Positions 58,345-64,000 of a stretch of 64,000 nucleotides of DNA are shown one piece after another. Under the pieces are notes generated by a model. That model searched no databases. It saw only the letters and a program-made list of their open reading frames with translations, and was not told the origin of the DNA. A program made the position numbers and the translations under genes. This stretch comes from Promethearchaeota archaeon. GTDB taxonomy: Archaea; Asgardarchaeota; Lokiarchaeia; Sigyniarchaeales; SOKP01. Location: NCBI GenBank assembly GCA_019058245.1, contig JAHPZJ010000030.1, forward strand, positions 128,001 to 192,000, read 5' to 3'. Position 1 is the first letter of the stretch. Each line of letters begins with the position of its first letter.

Positions 58345-58953
58345 TTACATGTTTTTTTGCTTTTTTACATTATCCTTTAGAAGAATAATCGATTCCTCTC
58401 TCGCTTTCAGAAGAGATCTCTCTTTAATTCCTGCCATTTCTTTAGAGGGTAAGATTTTTTCCTTAATTACTTTTTTAAGAAGTAGATACTCATCTTTTCT
58501 GCTAATAAAAGGATCTACTTTTTCCTCATGAATAAGTTCTTCAATAGTTGTATTTTTTCCATTACAATTGCCTTCTGTTAGATCAAATCTAAAATTATTA
58601 TATACCAAAAAGCAATGTACCATTGGTACATAAGGAATATTATATTTTTTTAAAATTTCATTAGTTCCATTTGAGATTTCTTCCGTAAATTTGTAAACCC
58701 CTACATGCTTATAGAGGGGAATGTCAAGTTCTTCAGCCAAACCTGCAATTATTGCATGCTTAGTTGTACAAGTACCTATATTTTCTTTAAACAAAATCAT
58801 CCTATCCTCATAATCGGTATTATATCCATATTCAATATTATGGACAAAATCACAGGCTTCTCTAAATGATTTAATTCCAAGATCTATAAATTTTTTTGAT
58901 ATTTGTCCAATAGGTTTAATTTGAACATCAGGTAAATTAGAATATGTGTCCAT
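58345..58953 (-). CDS. Hypothetical protein, possibly transglutaminase-like
   Basis: GTCTTKHA, HCFL and FDLT give a candidate Cys-His-Asp triad. Confidence 0.6.
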   Translation of the reverse strand: MDTYSNLPDVQIKPIGQISKKFIDLGIKSFREACDFVHNIEYGYNTDYEDRMILFKENIGTCTTKHAIIAGLAEELDIPLYKHVGVYKFTEEISNGTNEILKKYNIPYVPMVHCFLVYNNFRFDLTEGNCNGKNTTIEELIHEEKVDPFISRKDEYLLLKKVIKEKILPSKEMAGIKERSLLKAREESIILLKDNVKKQKNM

Positions 58954-59096
58954 TATAATCTGATTGATTATTTAAATAACTTTTATTCTTATCACTTAAT
59001 TATTATTTATTAAATTAATTCCTAAAAAATATAAGTAAAATTTAAGGAGTAATTTTTTACAAATCTAGATTTTACTCACTAGAGAGAAAAAAAAAA

Positions 59097-59750
59097 TTAA
59101 GAAATCTCTTTATGTTCTCCAGTTACCATGTAATGAACTTTCTCAGCAATTTTACATGCATGATCAGCACTCCTTTCTAAAAATCGTGCAATCATACCAA
59201 AAAAGGCACAAGATGTTATTGTTTTAGGATCTTCCATCATATATGTTAAACATTCTCTGAATATTGACCATCTCATTTTATCGATTTCATTATCCCTCTC
59301 CTCAAATTTATCGATGTATTTAATATCCGACTCATCAAAAGCTTTAAGTGCATCTTCAATCATTAGTTTTGTATGTTCCCACATATGCTGTAAATTTACA
59401 AATGGGGCAGGATAAGGTTGTTTTTTTGAAATTTCCTCCACAACTGATGCAATATCTTTTCCATATCTCCCTATCCTTGCAAGATAAGTAATCATTTTTA
59501 ATATTGTTGCTAACCTTCTGAGATCTATTGCCATGGGTTGATAAAGAGCTATTAATTTCAAAGCCTTCGCTTCAATATTAGCATCCATCTCTCTTATCTT
59601 ATGTTTTCTTTTCTCTGTAATTTTAGCTAATTCTATATCCTGAGTAGATAACGCCTTCATTGAATCATCTAACATTCCTAAAGCTAAATTACCCATATCA
59701 AGAACTTCTTTTTTTAATTCAAAAATTTCTCTATGTAATTCTTTAGCCAT
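59097..59750 (-). CDS. phoU: Phosphate signalling complex protein PhoU
   Basis: IALYQPMAIDLR, RIGRY, DNEID, ARFLERSADHA..IAE. Confidence 0.93.
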   Translation of the reverse strand: MAKELHREIFELKKEVLDMGNLALGMLDDSMKALSTQDIELAKITEKRKHKIREMDANIEAKALKLIALYQPMAIDLRRLATILKMITYLARIGRYGKDIASVVEEISKKQPYPAPFVNLQHMWEHTKLMIEDALKAFDESDIKYIDKFEERDNEIDKMRWSIFRECLTYMMEDPKTITSCAFFGMIARFLERSADHACKIAEKVHYMVTGEHKEIS

Positions 59751-59760
59751 AATAATTCAC

Positions 59761-60594
59761 CTAACCAAATCTTCCAGTTATATAATTTTCTGTTAATTGA
59801 TTGTTTGGATTTTCGAAAATTTGCTCAGTATTTCCAAATTCTATCAATTTTCCTAAATACATAAAACCTGTATAATCACTGATTCTTGCTGCTTGTTGCA
59901 TATTATGAGTTACAATTATCATTGTCCATTGTTTCTTCAACTCAAGTATTAATTCTTCTATCTTTTGTGTTGCGATTGGATCAAGTGAAGCAGTTGGTTC
60001 GTCCATTAAAAGAATTTCAGGTTCAACTGCTAAAGCTCTTGCGATACATAATCTTTGTTGCTGACCTCCTGATAATCCCATCGCAGATTCATCTAATCTA
60101 TCCCGAACCTCATCCCATAAGACGGCTCTCCTAAGGTTTTTCTCTGTAATTTCAGTTAAGATTTTATCGTCAATGATTTTATGAATTTTTGGACCATATG
60201 TAATATTATCATATACAGACATTGGAAACGGATTAGGTTTTTGAAAGATCATTCCGATTTTTTTCCTATTCAACCTTATGTCTGCATTTTTCGAATATAG
60301 ATTCTCTCCTTGAAATAAGACTTCACCCTCAATTCTGCATCCCTCAATTACATCATTCATGCGATTTAGGCAACGTAGTAAGGTACTTTTTCCGCATCCC
60401 GATGGTCCAATGATTGCTGTAACTTCATTCCGTTTGAATTTCATATTTATATCCATTAAGGCTTGAGATTCTTCATACCATAGATTCAAATTTCTGCATT
60501 CAATTACAGTATCATCTTGGTACATATTTGAATCATTTAAATTGTTCTTGTGTTCAATTTCTAACTTATTTTTATTTTTACTTTTAAAGACCAA
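59761..60594 (-). CDS. pstB: Phosphate ABC transporter ATPase
   Basis: [52 protein letters not shown]. Confidence 0.96.
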   Translation of the reverse strand: MVFKSKNKNKLEIEHKNNLNDSNMYQDDTVIECRNLNLWYEESQALMDINMKFKRNEVTAIIGPSGCGKSTLLRCLNRMNDVIEGCRIEGEVLFQGENLYSKNADIRLNRKKIGMIFQKPNPFPMSVYDNITYGPKIHKIIDDKILTEITEKNLRRAVLWDEVRDRLDESAMGLSGGQQQRLCIARALAVEPEILLMDEPTASLDPIATQKIEELILELKKQWTMIIVTHNMQQAARISDYTGFMYLGKLIEFGNTEQIFENPNNQLTENYITGRFG

Positions 60595-60600
60595 AACAAA

Positions 60601-62736
60601 TCACCATTGTTTTCTTTTTTCATATCTAGATCTTATAACAAATGCTACTCCATATAATATTAATACTAGTAATAATAATGTCAAGGCTGTACCAGCAGCT
60701 TCTTCTACAGAGAATAATGCTTCAGTGAGTAATCTATATAAATGGTAAGTTAGAGCCATTACTGGTTGAAAAATAGACAAGGTAATAATATATCTAGAAG
60801 TTGTTCTAACAGCCGTAAACATAATTGGAGCCGTTTCTCCTGCACTTCTTCCCATTCCTAAGACGGCACCTGTAACAATTCCTGGTAATGCAGCAGGTAA
60901 TACAATTTTACTTATTCCCTGCCATTTACTTGATCCTAAAGCTAAACTTCCTTCTCTAAACGACGGGGGAATTGCTTTAACTGCTTCTTCTGTAGTTCTT
61001 ATTATTGTAGGAAGAATCATTAGACCTAAAGTTAACATTCCTGCTATTAGTGACTTTTGTAGTCCAAAAACTACTAGAAAGAGCACAACTCCAAATAAAG
61101 CAAATACTATTGAAGGGGTACCATTTAAATTATCAATTCCAGAACGTATAATTTTTGTAACTTTGTTATCCCTTGCATATTCAGAAAGATAAATCCCAGC
61201 ACACATACCAAGGGGTAAAGCAAAAGCAATAGATCCTAAGGTAAGTTGAATAGTACCTGTGATTGCTGGGAGTATTCCTCCTTCCATTGAACTAGCCGTA
61301 AGAAAATTAGGTCGATATGAGTCTTCCATTCCAGGAATTCTTATTAATACAGGAATACCGTTAGCGATAATATAATACAAGAGTGTTCCTACAGCAATTA
61401 CAGCAAATGAAGAACATAAATATACAATTATAAACCAAAATTTTTCTTGACCAACAGTAGAAATTCTTTTAAATATAAGCCTAGTTCCAATAATTAATGC
61501 AATTACAATAACAGTTAGAAATATTCCAATCCAAGTACTAAGTACCCATCCTGCAAATAACAAAATTACTCCATATAGTATCCATTTCTTTTGATTTTTT
61601 GGTACTATAGTATACATTTGGAAAGTTAACCCTAATCCTATACAAATTATTGCTCCGACAACTTTAGAAATCATATCAGGTAATATGATAGCTATAAAGA
61701 CAGAGATAATTAAAGCTATTAGCAAAATTCTATATTTTAAAACTTGACTATATATCTTAGATTCTTTAAGATTCACATGTTTTTCTTTTACTTTTTCTCC
61801 TGTAAATTTTCTCTGAATTCTATTTAAAATAACATTTGCAATTGTATTTACCATCAATGTCATTATAAATAATGTTATTCCTAATGCAAAATAACTCCTC
61901 CATTCTATGCTACCAGTCTCAGTTGGTCCCAAACCTAATCCAATAGTTGAAGTAATTACCGCCACACATGAGAACATGTTTGTTAATGGTTCAGGGAAAA
62001 CTTTACAATTACCGATTACTAACATCATTGCCATAGTTTCACCTAAAGCTCTACCGATACCTAAAACTAGGGCAGCTGTAATACCAGACATACCTGCAGG
62101 TATCACTACCTTACGAATAGTTTGCCATTTTGTTGCTCCCATAGCATATGAAGCCTCTCTATAATAATCTGGAACTGCCCTGATTGAATCTTCACAGACC
62201 GATACAATTGTAGGTAAAGCCATTATTGCTAATATTAAAGATCCTGATAACCATGTATTTCCATGATGTAAACCAAATAAATCTCTTATTATTATATTCA
62301 AGACCACAAGACCAAAGAAACCAAAGACAATTGAAGGAATACCAGCAAGAATTTCTATGGTAAATTTAAGAACTTTCCTAAGTTTTGGTGGAGCTAACTC
62401 AGCAAGAAATATGGCAGTCATTAATCCCAGGGGTAATGCGATGATTATAGCTCCGAAAGTAACTAAAAGAGTATCAACAATGATAGGTAAAGCACCAAAA
62501 TCTCCATGCGAAGGAAGCCAATTTGTCCCTAAAAGAAATTCTGTGAGAGATACTTCAGTAAAGAAAGGGCCTCCAATCACAAATAAAAAAATTATTATTA
62601 AAAAAACAAAAATAGTTGCAATGGAGGCAATGAAAAATAGAATTATCTTGATAAGTTTATCTCTGTCTTTTTTTAAATAAGAATAATCTTCATCCTCTAT
62701 AAACACCTCATTTTCGAAAGTAGTTTCTGTGGACAT
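60601..62736 (-). CDS. pstCA: Fused PstC-PstA phosphate ABC permease
   Basis: N-half PstC (ILAGIPSIVFG, GRALGETMA) and C-half PstA (GIYLSEY, PSIVFALFG, GRSAGETAP) in one ORF with extra linker helices. Confidence 0.92.
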   Translation of the reverse strand: MSTETTFENEVFIEDEDYSYLKKDRDKLIKIILFFIASIATIFVFLIIIFLFVIGGPFFTEVSLTEFLLGTNWLPSHGDFGALPIIVDTLLVTFGAIIIALPLGLMTAIFLAELAPPKLRKVLKFTIEILAGIPSIVFGFFGLVVLNIIIRDLFGLHHGNTWLSGSLILAIMALPTIVSVCEDSIRAVPDYYREASYAMGATKWQTIRKVVIPAGMSGITAALVLGIGRALGETMAMMLVIGNCKVFPEPLTNMFSCVAVITSTIGLGLGPTETGSIEWRSYFALGITLFIMTLMVNTIANVILNRIQRKFTGEKVKEKHVNLKESKIYSQVLKYRILLIALIISVFIAIILPDMISKVVGAIICIGLGLTFQMYTIVPKNQKKWILYGVILLFAGWVLSTWIGIFLTVIVIALIIGTRLIFKRISTVGQEKFWFIIVYLCSSFAVIAVGTLLYYIIANGIPVLIRIPGMEDSYRPNFLTASSMEGGILPAITGTIQLTLGSIAFALPLGMCAGIYLSEYARDNKVTKIIRSGIDNLNGTPSIVFALFGVVLFLVVFGLQKSLIAGMLTLGLMILPTIIRTTEEAVKAIPPSFREGSLALGSSKWQGISKIVLPAALPGIVTGAVLGMGRSAGETAPIMFTAVRTTSRYIITLSIFQPVMALTYHLYRLLTEALFSVEEAAGTALTLLLLVLILYGVAFVIRSRYEKRKQW

Positions 62737-62985
62737 AGATTTGCGAAATTCTCATTTCTAGTATTTAATTTTTATAGAAGTGAAATTTAGACTTAATATA
62801 TTGATAATCCTCATAGAATATATTCGAATATTTACTCTATATAAAATATATAGTATTTTACAAATGGGACAAAATATCTATTTAGTGATTTATAGAATTA
62901 AGCCTAAATTGTGTAAAAAACAAATTATCTAAAAAAAATAATAAAAAAAATAAAGAATTAAGACCTTCTTATTTAAAATGCGATT

Positions 62986-63885
62986 TTATTTCCAAATTCG
63001 GATAAACCCTTCGGCTGCTACTTCTGCTTGTCCATGTGGACCATAAACAAAATCGATAAAAGCTTTAACCCATCCAGAAGCTGGTCCATTTGTGGTCAGA
63101 TGTAGAGATCTTGAAATTGGATAAGAACCATCCAATATAGTAGTTTCACTAGATGCAACTCCATTTATAGGAACTGCTATTACACTAGAATCAACATAAC
63201 CTAACCCACAATATCCAAAACCATATTGATTTGCCGCAACAGTTGTGACCATAACAATATTAGAAGCTACTTCTGTAAATCCAATAACTGAACTTTCATA
63301 TCCAGCATCATCTCCTAATTCTACATCAGTATCAGATAAAACTAATTCTTCAAATGTTGCTCTTGTTCCAGAACCATCAGCTCGGGTATGAACATCAATT
63401 GTCTCAGATGATAAAGAAACATCAATATCATTCCATGTATCATAAGTACCATTGTAGATTAAAAAGACCTGTTGCATAGTAAGACCATTTGTTTGTAACC
63501 ATAGAGCATCTGGATTACTAGCGTCTATAATCACTGCAATACCATCTTTCGCAAACTTATAATCTGTTAAATCATTACCTGCAGTTGTATTTTCGCTCGG
63601 TTTTATATTACGGGATGACATACCAATGTCATTTTGCCCGTCAATTGTGTCAGAGATACCATCTCCAGATCCTGTACCTGAAACAGAAATATCAACATTA
63701 GAATTTATCTCCATAAAATCGGCAGCACATGCAGTTATTATAGGCTCACATGTAGTGGAACCCGTGATAATGATCGATGATGTTCCTGCTCCAGAAGGAG
63801 TGACAAGGCTAGTAACTCCCCAACCGACGAAAAACATGGCAATCATACCAACAACAGCAATAATCCATATACCATTTTTTTCCAT
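62986..63885 (-). CDS. pstS: Phosphate ABC transporter substrate-binding protein
   Basis: GSTT, GTGSGDG, DIGMSSR, RADGSGTR, YPISRSL; N-terminal TM anchor. Confidence 0.94.
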   Translation of the reverse strand: MEKNGIWIIAVVGMIAMFFVGWGVTSLVTPSGAGTSSIIITGSTTCEPIITACAADFMEINSNVDISVSGTGSGDGISDTIDGQNDIGMSSRNIKPSENTTAGNDLTDYKFAKDGIAVIIDASNPDALWLQTNGLTMQQVFLIYNGTYDTWNDIDVSLSSETIDVHTRADGSGTRATFEELVLSDTDVELGDDAGYESSVIGFTEVASNIVMVTTVAANQYGFGYCGLGYVDSSVIAVPINGVASSETTILDGSYPISRSLHLTTNGPASGWVKAFIDFVYGPHGQAEVAAEGFIRIWK

Positions 63886-64000
63886 TTAATTTCACAAATT
63901 TTTATTTAAAGACTTTTTTTTTAAATTGTTTAATTAGAGGTATTACTGGGAAAATATAAGAAATCACGACATAGATTATGTAGCATTATTTACCCTATAT

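Noticed and set aside
1285-63889. Many 60-165 aa antisense or alternate-frame ORFs (e.g. 5121-5471, 47180-47548, 53587-54081, 62357-62680)
   Set aside because: They are nested in well-supported genes and have no recognisable motifs; they are shadow ORFs.
1-64000. CRISPR arrays, rRNA, transposases and selenoprotein TGA recoding
   Set aside because: No regularly spaced repeats, rRNA-like tracts, transposase motifs or TGA at conserved Cys positions were seen by eye.

Overview
AT-rich archaeal chromosomal segment, most likely from an Asgard archaeon (Lokiarchaeia-like). This assignment rests on Alba, CdhB/CdhC, tetraether synthase, PolB1-type polymerase, a BHB-intron tRNA, a Rab-like GTPase, several longin-like proteins and IPG(F/I)-TM C-terminal sorting tails. 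Contents in order: argG 3' end; CoA-transferase; a TM-V4R plus longin gene pair; a histidine operon (hisIE-G-D-C-B-H-[hisA/hisF fusion]); an LRR-TIR protein convergent with a nuclease-less N6-methyltransferase/TRD fusion; alba; a C25 peptidase; cooT/cdhB/cdhC; a small GTPase followed by 7TM-longin and 7TM genes; NAD salvage and lipid genes; tes plus a polyprenol-kinase-like gene; polB; tRNA-Thr(UGU) with a 32/33 intron; and a 13-kb phosphate cluster. The strongest unexplained signals are four. (1) An unannotated His-rich leader ORF ending ...HHWLHHE* with alternative hairpins directly upstream of the his operon, an attenuator-like arrangement in an archaeon. (2) A Rab-like GTPase with tandem 7TM-longin fusions, a possible receptor-GEF module. 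(3) A TLR-like LRR-TIR protein. (4) A heterodimeric ABC importer whose degenerate motifs all fall in one ATP site. All assignments come from motif recognition by eye; no database searches were run.
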